From assembly GCA_034661075.1 (NCBI GenBank), contig JAYEKP010000088.1:1-63806 (forward strand): 63,806 bases of DNA, given 5' to 3'. Of the stretch, positions 25,970-35,290 are shown one piece after another. This stretch comes from Bacteroidota bacterium. Its GTDB lineage: Bacteria; Bacteroidota; Bacteroidia; Bacteroidales; UBA12077. Each line of letters begins with the position of its first letter. Position 1 is the stretch's first letter. The position numbers and the translations under genes were made by a program. The notes below the pieces were generated by a model. That model had not been told where the DNA came from. It made no database searches and saw only the letters and a program-made list of their open reading frames with translations.

Positions 25970-26548
25970 ATGATTAGAGAACTCATAACCAAAAACCGCA
26001 GTTATCGCAGATATTACCAAAATCACAAACTCTCCATCGAAGAATTAAAGGATTTGGTAGAGTTAGCGCGCTTATCTGCATCAGGAAGAGATTTACAACC
26101 CTTAAAATATTATTTATCTGCCGATGAAGAAACCAACCAAAAAGTTTTTTCCACCTTAGCCTGGGCCGGATATTTAAAAGACTGGGATGGCCCGGAAGAA
26201 GGAGAACGGCCAACAGGCTATATCATTATTCTAAGCGATACACGGCTTACCACTAACTATTTCTGTGATCAAGGGATTGCGGCACAAAGCATGCTACTGG
26301 GCGCAGTGGAAAAAGCATTAGGAGGATGTATTTTTGCTTCTATCCAACGAGAAAAATTAAAACAACTGCTGAATATCGAAGAATATTTTGAAGTTTTATT
26401 AGTTATTGCCCTGGGCAAACCAAAAAAAGAAGTTGTAGTTGAAGAGGTAAGAAATGGAGATATAAAATATTACCGCGACGAAAATCAGGTGCATCATGTT
26501 CCTAAACGTAGTTTGGATGAATTAATTATTTCCGGTGTAATTGATTAA
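25970..26548 (+). CDS. Nitroreductase-family protein
   Basis: 192 aa. N-terminus RSYRRY...LKDLVELARLSASGRDLQPLKY and GIAAQSMLLGA are typical of the family. Confidence 0.85.
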   Translation: MIRELITKNRSYRRYYQNHKLSIEELKDLVELARLSASGRDLQPLKYYLSADEETNQKVFSTLAWAGYLKDWDGPEEGERPTGYIIILSDTRLTTNYFCDQGIAAQSMLLGAVEKALGGCIFASIQREKLKQLLNIEEYFEVLLVIALGKPKKEVVVEEVRNGDIKYYRDENQVHHVPKRSLDELIISGVID

Positions 26549-26552
26549 ATGC

Positions 26553-26598
26553 TATACATTCAAAACCTCACTAACTATTGAGGTTTTGAATGTATAGA
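26553..26598. terminator. 19-bp perfect hairpin between convergent genes (bidirectional terminator candidate)
   Basis: CTATACATTCAAAACCTCA-ctaactat-TGAGGTTTTGAATGTATAG. Confidence 0.7.
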
Positions 26599-26606
26599 AA
26601 ATAGTA

Positions 26607-28979
26607 TTACAATAAATTACCTATTTTAATTCCAAAATAGATGGTTCTGGGTTGCCCGGGGCCATAGATATATCCCGGATCCCGTTCCTCTCCGGTATCA
26701 AAATCATCCTGATAGGAATTAAACATATTTTTAATCCCCACAAAGATTTGCATACTGGCTCCATTTAAGTGGTACTGATAGCTTAATTTTGCACCCAGGT
26801 CAACAAACGGATTTGTTTCTCTTAGCTCACCATCTTCTGGTTCAGCCAGGGTTGGGCCAAAATAGGGTACTAACATACTCCCGGTATAATTTCCTGTTGC
26901 CATAAGGCAAAATCCTTTAATAAAATCCCAGTCGATGGTTGCATATCCATATTGGTTAGGTGTTCGAAAGAATTCTTTCTTTCCAAATTCCTGGGCTTCT
27001 TCATACCTACTTTGTTGAAAAGTGAATCCTCCGGTAAAACTAAAATCTTCGGACGGAATAACATTTAACTCCATATTCACCCCTTGAACCACAGCTCCAC
27101 CATCAGCGTTAATCCGCGTATAAGTTACCACTCTGTTTTCATCAGGCATACCGTAATCTTGTACAAATGCATCCTTTAACTGGGTATAAAACCCTTCAAC
27201 TAAAAACCCAACGTTGGTGTGTTCAATTAACTTATTAAAATCGAGCGATACCATATAACTATGACTGGTTTCTTGTTTTAGATCAGGATCATTGATATGA
27301 ATAACTTGTCTGAAACCAGAGGTTTCAATGTGTAAATCCTCATCAAAAATTTGAGGAGCCCGATATCCTTGTGAGTAACTTGCCCGTGCCTGAAGATAGT
27401 TGAAAATATCATATTTTAAAGTAATTCGCGGACTTATAACATTCCCGGACGAAGAAGTCCCATCCACCTTGTTTTCAATAGCGTAATGATCAAACCGGGC
27501 ACCCACAGAAGCATTAAACTTACCAAAACGATGATCGTATTGAGAAAATACTCCGTAAATATTTGATATTTGATCGGCAACAATCGTATTATCCCTATGA
27601 GGAACAATCAATTCGTCCCCATCGAATTGTACCTTTTTATAATCTGCATAGCCAAGTTTCTGATCATCTAGTGTTTCTCCACGAAATTCAATCCCTGAGA
27701 TTAAGCTTGATTGTTTAAATCTAGCATCATACTGGGCTCCAATATCATAAGTAAGGCCTTTTGTTGCTCCATAATCCTCTAAGGAGTAATTTGCCCCATA
27801 ATAAGAATCCCTATTTACCAGTTGTCCAGAAACATATAAAGATAATTTATCTTCATCGCGTAAAAACTGATCAAAAGTAACAGCTCCTGAAGTTATTTTA
27901 TGTTTAACCGCTTCGGTAATCTGAGATTCATGGTAAGGTTTGTCAAATCCATCGCCACCTCTTCGGGTTTCATTGATAGTAAAAAAATCAACATATAATT
28001 TATTTTTATAACCCAAACGGTGAAATAATCGTGTTCCCAACGTAATATTATTTAATTCTGATAATTCAGAAAAACCGTCGTTATTGGCATCAAAATGTTC
28101 TTTATCGCGATGAAACCCATAAAGGGTCATCCCTGTTTTTCCATCAGACGATACCACCGAAGTGTTTAAGTTTACGCTATAATCAAAAGCTGGTTTTCCC
28201 GAACCGTCCAATCCCACACCGGTATATCCGGATTGAGCGGATGCTTCGTACGAGTTATTCACCGGATCCTTTAATATTAAGTTGATGGTTCCGGCAATGG
28301 CATTACTTCCATATAAAGCTGACCCTCCACCACGTACAACCTCAATTCGTTCAATAACAGAGGATGGAATAAGCTCTAACCCATACACTCCGGCTAATCC
28401 GCTAAAAATTGACCGGTTGTTTATTAATATCTGAGAGTAAGGGCCTTCCATTCCATTCATTCTTACTTGGGTAAATCCACAATTCTGACAATTATTTTCC
28501 ATTCTTAACCCAGGGCAAAAATTCAACCCATCGCTTAAAGTAATGGTTTGTGCAACATTAAAAATTTTAGGTGTTATCGTATTTACAATAACCGATGCAT
28601 CTTTCCTGCGTTTGTCGTTCCGATCGGCGGTTACGACAACCTGCTCAAGGCCCAACACATCAGCCTGTAATATAAATTTTAATTCAATGGTATTCCCTTC
28701 GGTAAGCTCAACATCCTTTTCAACATCCTTATATCCAATAAATGATGCTTTAACGGTATATTTACCGGTTGGCATGTTGATCAGTTGGAAATGCCCGGTT
28801 TCGTCGGTAGCAGTTCCAATGGTTGTATTTTTAAGAATAATCGTTGCAAATGGTATATGCTCACCATCCGTATCGACAACATGTCCTACAATATTCGCAT
28901 CGGTTCGTTGAGCATAAGTAGATGAAATTATGATGATATATATTCCTAAAGTTAGTATTGATTGAAAAAAATTTTTCAT
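26607..28979 (-). CDS. TonB-dependent outer-membrane receptor with N-terminal carboxypeptidase-regulatory-like domain
   Basis: 790 aa. Signal peptide, then a CarboxypepD_reg-like segment (GHVVDTDGEHIPFATIILKNTTIGTATDETGHFQL). Plug domain, beta-barrel, and a C-terminal aromatic-rich end. Confidence 0.9.
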   Translation of the reverse strand: MKNFFQSILTLGIYIIIISSTYAQRTDANIVGHVVDTDGEHIPFATIILKNTTIGTATDETGHFQLINMPTGKYTVKASFIGYKDVEKDVELTEGNTIELKFILQADVLGLEQVVVTADRNDKRRKDASVIVNTITPKIFNVAQTITLSDGLNFCPGLRMENNCQNCGFTQVRMNGMEGPYSQILINNRSIFSGLAGVYGLELIPSSVIERIEVVRGGGSALYGSNAIAGTINLILKDPVNNSYEASAQSGYTGVGLDGSGKPAFDYSVNLNTSVVSSDGKTGMTLYGFHRDKEHFDANNDGFSELSELNNITLGTRLFHRLGYKNKLYVDFFTINETRRGGDGFDKPYHESQITEAVKHKITSGAVTFDQFLRDEDKLSLYVSGQLVNRDSYYGANYSLEDYGATKGLTYDIGAQYDARFKQSSLISGIEFRGETLDDQKLGYADYKKVQFDGDELIVPHRDNTIVADQISNIYGVFSQYDHRFGKFNASVGARFDHYAIENKVDGTSSSGNVISPRITLKYDIFNYLQARASYSQGYRAPQIFDEDLHIETSGFRQVIHINDPDLKQETSHSYMVSLDFNKLIEHTNVGFLVEGFYTQLKDAFVQDYGMPDENRVVTYTRINADGGAVVQGVNMELNVIPSEDFSFTGGFTFQQSRYEEAQEFGKKEFFRTPNQYGYATIDWDFIKGFCLMATGNYTGSMLVPYFGPTLAEPEDGELRETNPFVDLGAKLSYQYHLNGASMQIFVGIKNMFNSYQDDFDTGEERDPGYIYGPGQPRTIYFGIKIGNLL

Positions 28980-29125
28980 TATTCAGATGGTTATTAGTGT
29001 AATACAATTATTGGTTGTTTAATTTTTAGATATTTTTAATGGTGTAGCAAAAATATTTTTGCTATCACACCCTCTGTTTTTATTCAATAAATTATTTTAT
29101 TGATATAAAATGGAAAGAGAGGAAA

Positions 29126-29518
29126 TTAAAATAGAAAGAAATTGGCAGGTGGTGCCCTGTAATTAATTAAATTATAAAAAAAGGAATTTTTAGAATAACA
29201 TTTTGGAATGTCATATTTTGTAATAAGAAAATATTCTGGATTTAAATGATCCTGAACATTATGAATATTTACAAAAAATTCAAGGGTTTGTATAATCTGT
29301 AACTCAAAGTTATTATGCTGATGTTGGGTATTTGGTTTTTTATTTTCTCTGCTTTTATTAAACGGATGTGCATGAATAATAATATTACCACAAGTCGTTC
29401 TATGCGTATGAATGAAAAATGAAGCATTAAAAACAATACCTCCAATAATTCCCAAAAAGAGGAAGGAAATAATTACCTTTTTTATATATCTTATGCTTAT
29501 TTTCATTATCTGCGACAA
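29126..29518 (-). CDS. Hypothetical His-rich membrane protein upstream of the TonB-dependent receptor
   Basis: 130 aa. One TM helix, HTHRTTCGNIIIHAHPF and QHQH motifs. No family recognised. Start uncertain. Confidence 0.35.
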   Translation of the reverse strand: MSQIMKISIRYIKKVIISFLFLGIIGGIVFNASFFIHTHRTTCGNIIIHAHPFNKSRENKKPNTQHQHNNFELQIIQTLEFFVNIHNVQDHLNPEYFLITKYDIPKCYSKNSFFYNLINYRAPPANFFLF

Positions 29519-29671
29519 AAATAGGTTAAATCAAATAAACAGCCCATACCAATATTTAGGTATTTTTAGTTTTGTTTAACTCTATATATTATTCGTTACT
29601 ATTAAACAAACTTACAAATTATCTAATTTGACTTATCTATTTTAAAACCGTTTAAAAAGACGAAACAAAAA

Positions 29672-29701
29672 AGCTGATTCCCAAGCATTCGGGAATCAGC
29701 T
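29672..29701 (-). terminator. Rho-independent terminator downstream of aor
   Basis: Arms AGCTGATTCCC and GGGAATCAGCT. On the minus strand they are followed by TTTTTTGTTT. Confidence 0.75.
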
Positions 29702-29727
29702 AAATAAAATTTTATTATAAACAAAGA

Positions 29728-31884
29728 CTATTGTAAATCTTTAATTACTTCAATCAATTCAGGGAGATCCATCCCTAAGTTTTTAAGATGTTCGATTTTA
29801 GGTACTCCATTTTTATTCCAGCCACGACGCTCGTATACAGCATCAAGTAGCTGTTCATATCTATCTTCTCTGTATTTTCGAGTTATAGCCATTTTTTCTT
29901 CGGTGGTTTTTCCTTCAGGATCAATACCTATAATTTCTTTCATCTGTTTATCATAACGCTCGGCTCTTGATTCGTACTCCTCAACAGTAACCGGCCCTGC
30001 GGCACGGTATGGTTGAGCATCATGTTTACGTAAACCATACCCTCTACGGATATTAAAGATACGCTGGAAATTGTATACACGTTCACTCTGACGAATCAGC
30101 TCATCCTTATCGAAAGGTTTTCCTGTTACACCTTCGTATATAGCTACATAGTTGTCCACGTGTTCAGGAATTTTATGAGGCTCATCCGCTTCGGCATTAC
30201 TTTCAGGAACAACATCGTTCCAGCAAAGTTTACAAAGCCCTTGTAACCCAAACCAGGTTCTGAACATTGGCATATAGTGTAATGCTTCGGCTTTATCTTC
30301 GAACGTAGGAATCTGGTTGTTCACCATATCCATAAAGATAAGCCATGCTTCATCGTGCTGAGGGCCTTTATTGGTCATGGCATAACCACCTTGCTGTGCC
30401 AATGATTCTTTAGAAACATATTGTGAATATTCAAGCCCTTTATTTTCCATTCCAATATCATTAAGGAATTGCTCATCGGCGCCATATTCTTTCACAAATT
30501 TTTCTTTCATCTTACGGATACCCATACCTGCAACGACACCAAATCCTTCACCTCGGGCTAATTGATGCATCAATTCCATCATTGCTTCGAAATTACCAAA
30601 CTTTAATTCCAATCCTCCGGTACGTTCTTTGTTAAGAATACCTTCTTCGTAACATTCCATAATAAAGGCCACAAGCGTACCCCAAGTGATGGTACAAATA
30701 CCATACGTATCACAATAAAAGTTTGCTTCAATAATTCCTTCTGGATCGAAAACACCAACATTAGAACCTAATCCGGCTCCGTTTTCGTATTCAGGCCCGT
30801 CAACAAGAACTTTTTGTCCTTTGTATGGCCCTGTTTTTAATTCAAAGTCGTCCACTCCTTTTGAGCAACTCATTGCACATCCAATCCAGCATCCGTCCGG
30901 AATATTTTGGGTAAAATATTTATCACGAAAAACATTACTATGTATTTTCAATGCGTCTTCAGAGCTTCCATATTTAAAGTTATGCGTAGGTAGCAAGTCG
31001 TAATCGTTCATTACGTTAAGAATATTTACCGTTCCCTTTCTACGCATTTGACATTGCTGATCATCAAGTTCGCGCATTTCACGCTGAAATCTGCGTCCAC
31101 GCTCTTTAATCTTATCTAAGTCCGCAACATGGTTAAGGTTTCCTTTAACCCCCTCGACTCTGGCCACAATGGCTTTAATATTTTTATCACGCATAACGGT
31201 ACCTAACCCGCCACGTCCTGCTTGTTTAAGCCTTATCTTTTTACGTTTTTGATCGTAAAAAGTAAAATTAATCATTCCGATTAATGAATGTTCTGCGCCA
31301 GCTCCTGTAGAAACGATTCCAATATTTTTATAATCTTTTTCATTTTCAGCAAAAGCTTCAGTTAGCTCTTCGGCCAATATATGTGAGTCGGTTGAAAATC
31401 CTGGATCATCCAAAACCTCAACAGTACCTTTTGTTCCATCAATATATATGATAACATCTTTGTCGGCTTTTCCCTGAAGTTCTAAAGCATCATATCCTGA
31501 AAATTTCAAGAATGGGCCAAAGAATCCTCCCACGTTAGAATCCATAACCGAATCGGTTTGAGGGGAAATGGAAACTAAAAGTGATTTACCGGCTCCTGAA
31601 TACTGAGTAATTCCTGCTACCGGGCCCGGACTAATAATAATTTCATTCTCAGGATCATTCCATTTGGTATCTGGTTTGGTTGCATCCCATAATAATCGTA
31701 AACCGAAACCCTTCCCTCCAATAAATTTTTCTTTCATTTCTTCGGAAACAGGCTTTTCCTTAATTTCATTGGTTCCAACATTCATATACAAAATTCGGTT
31801 GGCATAACCTCTTTCTAACGGACGAAGCTCATATTTAAACTCTTTAAGCTTTTTCTGAGCTGCTCTTAATTTTTTCACATCCAT
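29728..31884 (-). CDS. aor: Aldehyde:ferredoxin oxidoreductase family (tungsto/molybdo-pterin, [4Fe-4S]) enzyme
   Basis: 718 aa. AOR N-terminal domain (GYANRILYMNVGTNEIKEKPVSEEMKEKFIGGKGFGLRLLWD) and long AOR catalytic domains. TAG stop. Confidence 0.88.
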   Translation of the reverse strand: MDVKKLRAAQKKLKEFKYELRPLERGYANRILYMNVGTNEIKEKPVSEEMKEKFIGGKGFGLRLLWDATKPDTKWNDPENEIIISPGPVAGITQYSGAGKSLLVSISPQTDSVMDSNVGGFFGPFLKFSGYDALELQGKADKDVIIYIDGTKGTVEVLDDPGFSTDSHILAEELTEAFAENEKDYKNIGIVSTGAGAEHSLIGMINFTFYDQKRKKIRLKQAGRGGLGTVMRDKNIKAIVARVEGVKGNLNHVADLDKIKERGRRFQREMRELDDQQCQMRRKGTVNILNVMNDYDLLPTHNFKYGSSEDALKIHSNVFRDKYFTQNIPDGCWIGCAMSCSKGVDDFELKTGPYKGQKVLVDGPEYENGAGLGSNVGVFDPEGIIEANFYCDTYGICTITWGTLVAFIMECYEEGILNKERTGGLELKFGNFEAMMELMHQLARGEGFGVVAGMGIRKMKEKFVKEYGADEQFLNDIGMENKGLEYSQYVSKESLAQQGGYAMTNKGPQHDEAWLIFMDMVNNQIPTFEDKAEALHYMPMFRTWFGLQGLCKLCWNDVVPESNAEADEPHKIPEHVDNYVAIYEGVTGKPFDKDELIRQSERVYNFQRIFNIRRGYGLRKHDAQPYRAAGPVTVEEYESRAERYDKQMKEIIGIDPEGKTTEEKMAITRKYREDRYEQLLDAVYERRGWNKNGVPKIEHLKNLGMDLPELIEVIKDLQ

Positions 31885-31942
31885 ATTTAATTCTCCTTTA
31901 AATTTATGTCAATTTTACTGATTTAACTTACTTTTCACATTT

Positions 31943-31950
31943 CAAAGTTA
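31943..31950 (-). promoter_or_regulatory. Candidate -7 promoter box (TAACTTTG) for aor
   Basis: Minus strand matches TAnnTTTG about 60 nt upstream of the aor start. Confidence 0.3.
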
Positions 31951-32103
31951 TAAAAATATAGTTTGAAAAGATATTATAAAATGACTTAAATCAATATGTT
32001 GCAATTTGCATATCGTTTTTTTTTCAATAAGAAGAATAACAACATGATAATTAGTTTCATCGCTCAAAAATCGAATAATCATTGGATTAAAATGAATATA
32101 TTT

Positions 32104-32111
32104 TAAATTTG
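32104..32111 (+). promoter_or_regulatory. Candidate -7 promoter box (TAAATTTG) for the DUF364-thiF-thiS cassette
   Basis: Matches TAnnTTTG 20 nt upstream of the ATG at 32131. Confidence 0.3.
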
Positions 32112-32130
32112 TTGCTTAAAATAAATAAAA

Positions 32131-32829
32131 ATGCAAGAACCTCTGAATTATTTTTTTGAAAAATACGGAATCAATCTACAAGAAATTAAACAGATCATTT
32201 GCGGCCAAAAGTATGTAGCTGTATTATTAAAGAACGGGCATATTGGTGTATGTGCTACCCTCGGGCATTATGTTGATGTAGCCATACAGGATTTAAGATT
32301 TCCTGATTTAGATAATGTACAGCACAGAATTGTGCTTAATGCATATTTTAATGCCCACTTTAATTATCAAAATCATTATGATAACACCAGCGATATTTTT
32401 GATAAAATAGATTTTAAAAAATATCACAAAATTGTGATGATCGGATTTTTTAAATCATTGGTAGAAAAATTTGAACGTGAAAAAATTGCGCTAACTATTT
32501 TTGATAAAGCTGTTGAAGATGAGAAATTAGCTCCCATGTCAAAACAATTAGAAGAGATTGCCACCGCTGATGCTATCATTCTTTCTTCAACCACAATTTT
32601 CAACCATACTTTTTCACAATTAATAAAAGCTACCAAAGAAAATTGCGACACTTATACATTAGGGCCTTCAACCATTATGCACCCTGAAATGTTTCAATAC
32701 AAAAACATTAAATTTTTGTTTGGCTCGGTATTCGATCCTAATGATATGAATACCTTAAAAATTATTGAGAATGGAGGGGGAACAAAACAATTTTTACCAT
32801 TTATGCACAAAGTTTTTTTAAACCCTTAA
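32131..32829 (+). CDS. DUF364/DUF4213-type Rossmann-like protein (putative metal/cofactor handling)
   Basis: 232 aa. The pattern YVAVLLKNGHIGVCATLG...IVMIGFF...ADAIILSSTTIFNHT resembles the DUF4213+DUF364 family as remembered. Confidence 0.55.
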   Translation: MQEPLNYFFEKYGINLQEIKQIICGQKYVAVLLKNGHIGVCATLGHYVDVAIQDLRFPDLDNVQHRIVLNAYFNAHFNYQNHYDNTSDIFDKIDFKKYHKIVMIGFFKSLVEKFEREKIALTIFDKAVEDEKLAPMSKQLEEIATADAIILSSTTIFNHTFSQLIKATKENCDTYTLGPSTIMHPEMFQYKNIKFLFGSVFDPNDMNTLKIIENGGGTKQFLPFMHKVFLNP

Positions 32830-32831
32830 GC

Positions 32832-33440
32832 ATGACTTTTGAGGAAATTAAATCCATTTTAAAAAATCATACAGTGGGTATTGCTGGTGCAGGAGGCCTT
32901 GGTTCTAACTGTGCAGTAGCATTATCCAGAGTTGGTGTTGGCAAATTAATCATTGCCGATTTTGATGTAATAAATGAAACCAACTTAAATCGACAATATT
33001 TCTTTAAAGACCAACTTGGAGAAAAAAAAGTACGTGCTTTAAAAAATAATATCCAACGTATTAATCCTGAGATTGAGATAATTATCCATGATCTTAAACT
33101 AAATGAAAACAATCTTGTTAACATTTATAAAGATTGCGATATTATTGTAGAGGCGTTTGATTTAGCCGAAATGAAACAAATGATTATTGAAACCTGTATG
33201 AGCAAGCTCCCTGATAAACCATTAATTATTGGATCGGGAATAGCCGGATGGGGTAAAAGTAATGAAATAAGAATCAGGCAATCTGAAAATTTATATATTT
33301 GCGGCGATGAGATGGCTGAAACATCAACACAAAACCCACCTTTAGCACCTAGAGTGGGAATAGTAGCAAATATGCAGGCAAATACAGTTTTAGAAATTTT
33401 ATTAAACACAAACCACAAGGATAAAGATTACGCTAAATAA
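32832..33440 (+). CDS. thiF: ThiF/MoeB-family sulfur-carrier adenylyltransferase (short ThiF type)
   Basis: 202 aa. GIAGAGGLGSNCAVALSRVGVGKLIIADFDVINETNLNRQYFF. Confidence 0.85.
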   Translation: MTFEEIKSILKNHTVGIAGAGGLGSNCAVALSRVGVGKLIIADFDVINETNLNRQYFFKDQLGEKKVRALKNNIQRINPEIEIIIHDLKLNENNLVNIYKDCDIIVEAFDLAEMKQMIIETCMSKLPDKPLIIGSGIAGWGKSNEIRIRQSENLYICGDEMAETSTQNPPLAPRVGIVANMQANTVLEILLNTNHKDKDYAK

Positions 33441-33624
33441 TACGGAAGAAAAGTTTGATAAAAATAAACTTACGATTAGTGAATTGCTTGAACTTAGCAA
33501 CTTTTCTTACAAGCTACTTATTGTTAAGGTTAATGGGAAACTTGTACGAAAAGAAGCTTACCATAATACCATTGTTAAAGATGGCGATGATGTAACGGTT
33601 TTGCATCTTGTTACCGGTGGATAA
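33421..33624 (+). CDS. thiS: ThiS/MoaD-like sulfur-carrier protein ending in Gly-Gly (absent from the ORF track; ATA/ATT start)
   Basis: Hand translation: (I)KITLNNTEEKFDKNKLTISELLELSNFSYKLLIVKVNGKLVRKEAYHNTIVKDGDDVTVLHLVTGG-stop. There is no ATG/GTG/TTG after the in-frame TAA at 33403. It overlaps the thiF end by 20 nt. Confidence 0.7.
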   Translation: MKITLNNTEEKFDKNKLTISELLELSNFSYKLLIVKVNGKLVRKEAYHNTIVKDGDDVTVLHLVTGG

Positions 33625-33701
33625 CATTTTTATACTTTATGCTTATTTTCTTTGATTTGATGCACAAATTCTTTTACTATTGTAAAAAAGATTACCAGGT
33701 C

Positions 33702-34013
33702 ATGAATACCTTAGAAAAAATATGGAAAATAATTTTACCTATTATCAAAAATAAGTATATCATGACTTTACTTATCTTTTTAATCTGGCTTCTGTTTTTC
33801 GACCGTAATAACTTAGTGGACAGAATTAAAGAAATGAATCATTATAACCAGCTGCAAAAAGATAAAAAGTATTTTAAAGAACGCATTGATGCAGACACTA
33901 AACGGTTAGAGCAATTAAAGACCAACAACAAAAACCTGGAAAAATTTGCCCGTGAGCAATACTTCATGAAAAAAGCAGACGAAGATATTTTTGTGGTAGT
34001 TGAAGAAAATTAA
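33702..34013 (+). CDS. ftsB: FtsB/DivIC-family septum formation initiator
   Basis: One TM helix plus a coiled coil (FFDRNNLVDRIKEMNHYNQLQKDKKYFKERID...FAREQYFMKKADEDIFVV). The ORF track starts at 33639; the Met at 33702 is more plausible. Confidence 0.75.
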   Translation: MNTLEKIWKIILPIIKNKYIMTLLIFLIWLLFFDRNNLVDRIKEMNHYNQLQKDKKYFKERIDADTKRLEQLKTNNKNLEKFAREQYFMKKADEDIFVVVEEN

Positions 34014-35275
34014 AACTCCCGATCTACGTTTCTGAATACCTCCAACCATGATTTATGATTTTTTGATTCAGGAACAGTCAGTTTTAGCTTTTTTGCCAGT
34101 TTTTCTACTTCGGACAACAAATTCGTTTTGGGATAATACTTTTCCGTTGTTGCATTCAAATATTTAAGCACCTTAAATGCATTAAACCAAACAAAGAATC
34201 TTTTTAGAAAAGAATTTAAACCAGCGCAGTTTTGATGAATCTCTTCAATTGCAATAAAAAAATGGTTCTCATTTAAAAAGTCGGCAATAGGAAGTGGTAA
34301 TTGATAGATAATATCATTTAATTCTTCCGGTGAGCTTTTATACAACTGATTAACAATTTGTAAAAAGGCTTTTAAATCGGTAAAACAACGTAAATCATAC
34401 GTTAATAAATCATCATTCCCTGAATTTATAATTTGATTAACCATTGGGCCGGTACCAAAGGGAACTCTTTGCGATATGCGTGGCGAAGGATAAACGCAGG
34501 TAGTATTTATCTCATCGCAATTACCCAAAGGAAAAACCTTATGTAGAAAATAAAAATCTTCCCCTGCTTGTTTACTATTCATACCACCTTGTTTTGCATA
34601 GGCTTTCGCCGACACGGCAAAGCACGACCCAACGGCATAATACGAATACGGGAATTTTACAAACTGAAAAGCAAACTTATAGTATCTTAAGTATAGTTCA
34701 TAAATGGTAATGGCATGATAGATTTCCGGCGGATAACGATTGCCTTCCACAGGATGTTCAAAATAAATCGTTGTCAGGTTGGTTTTAGGATTTTGCTCAA
34801 AATACTTCTCTATTTCAATCAGGTAATCAGCTTTAACTTCAGCATCTGCATCCATGGAAAGAATTACCCCTTTTTCCTGGCCTATCGCATTAAAACGATA
34901 AAGTGCTTCATCCATTCCCAGCTTACGGGCATATCCGGCTCCGGCAACCCTGGAGGAAATATTTTGTTCGTGAAACACAAAAAAACGAAATGCAGCATCG
35001 GTATGTGACTGAATCCAACCCTGCACTTCGTAAAATGTTTTTCTATTTTGTTTTTTTATTCGCTCATGGGCTGTTTCTGGCTCATTAACAACAACAATAA
35101 CTTCCACAGCAAATTCAGGCCGCTGACAATTCCATAAAGAGTTTAGGGTGGTTAAAATATGATCCTCATCAAAACAAGGAATTACAACAATATACTTTAC
35201 CTTGTTGGTTATTGGCTCAGCGATTTTTGCTTCAAAAATTTTTTGTCTTTCAAAGTAAAAATCAGCAAAGCTCAT
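34010..35275 (-). CDS. Family-2 glycosyltransferase
   Basis: 421 aa. N-terminal GT2 core (YIVVIPCFDEDHILTTLNSL...ILSMDADAEV). Confidence 0.7.
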   Translation of the reverse strand: MSFADFYFERQKIFEAKIAEPITNKVKYIVVIPCFDEDHILTTLNSLWNCQRPEFAVEVIVVVNEPETAHERIKKQNRKTFYEVQGWIQSHTDAAFRFFVFHEQNISSRVAGAGYARKLGMDEALYRFNAIGQEKGVILSMDADAEVKADYLIEIEKYFEQNPKTNLTTIYFEHPVEGNRYPPEIYHAITIYELYLRYYKFAFQFVKFPYSYYAVGSCFAVSAKAYAKQGGMNSKQAGEDFYFLHKVFPLGNCDEINTTCVYPSPRISQRVPFGTGPMVNQIINSGNDDLLTYDLRCFTDLKAFLQIVNQLYKSSPEELNDIIYQLPLPIADFLNENHFFIAIEEIHQNCAGLNSFLKRFFVWFNAFKVLKYLNATTEKYYPKTNLLSEVEKLAKKLKLTVPESKNHKSWLEVFRNVDREF

Positions 35276-35290
35276 TTTTTAGAAATAAAA

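Noticed and set aside
28980-29125. Riboswitch (for example cobalamin) in the leader of the TonB-dependent receptor.
   Set aside because: Only a simple hairpin (TAGCAAAAA-tat-TTTTTGCTA) is visible. I recognised no conserved riboswitch core sequences.
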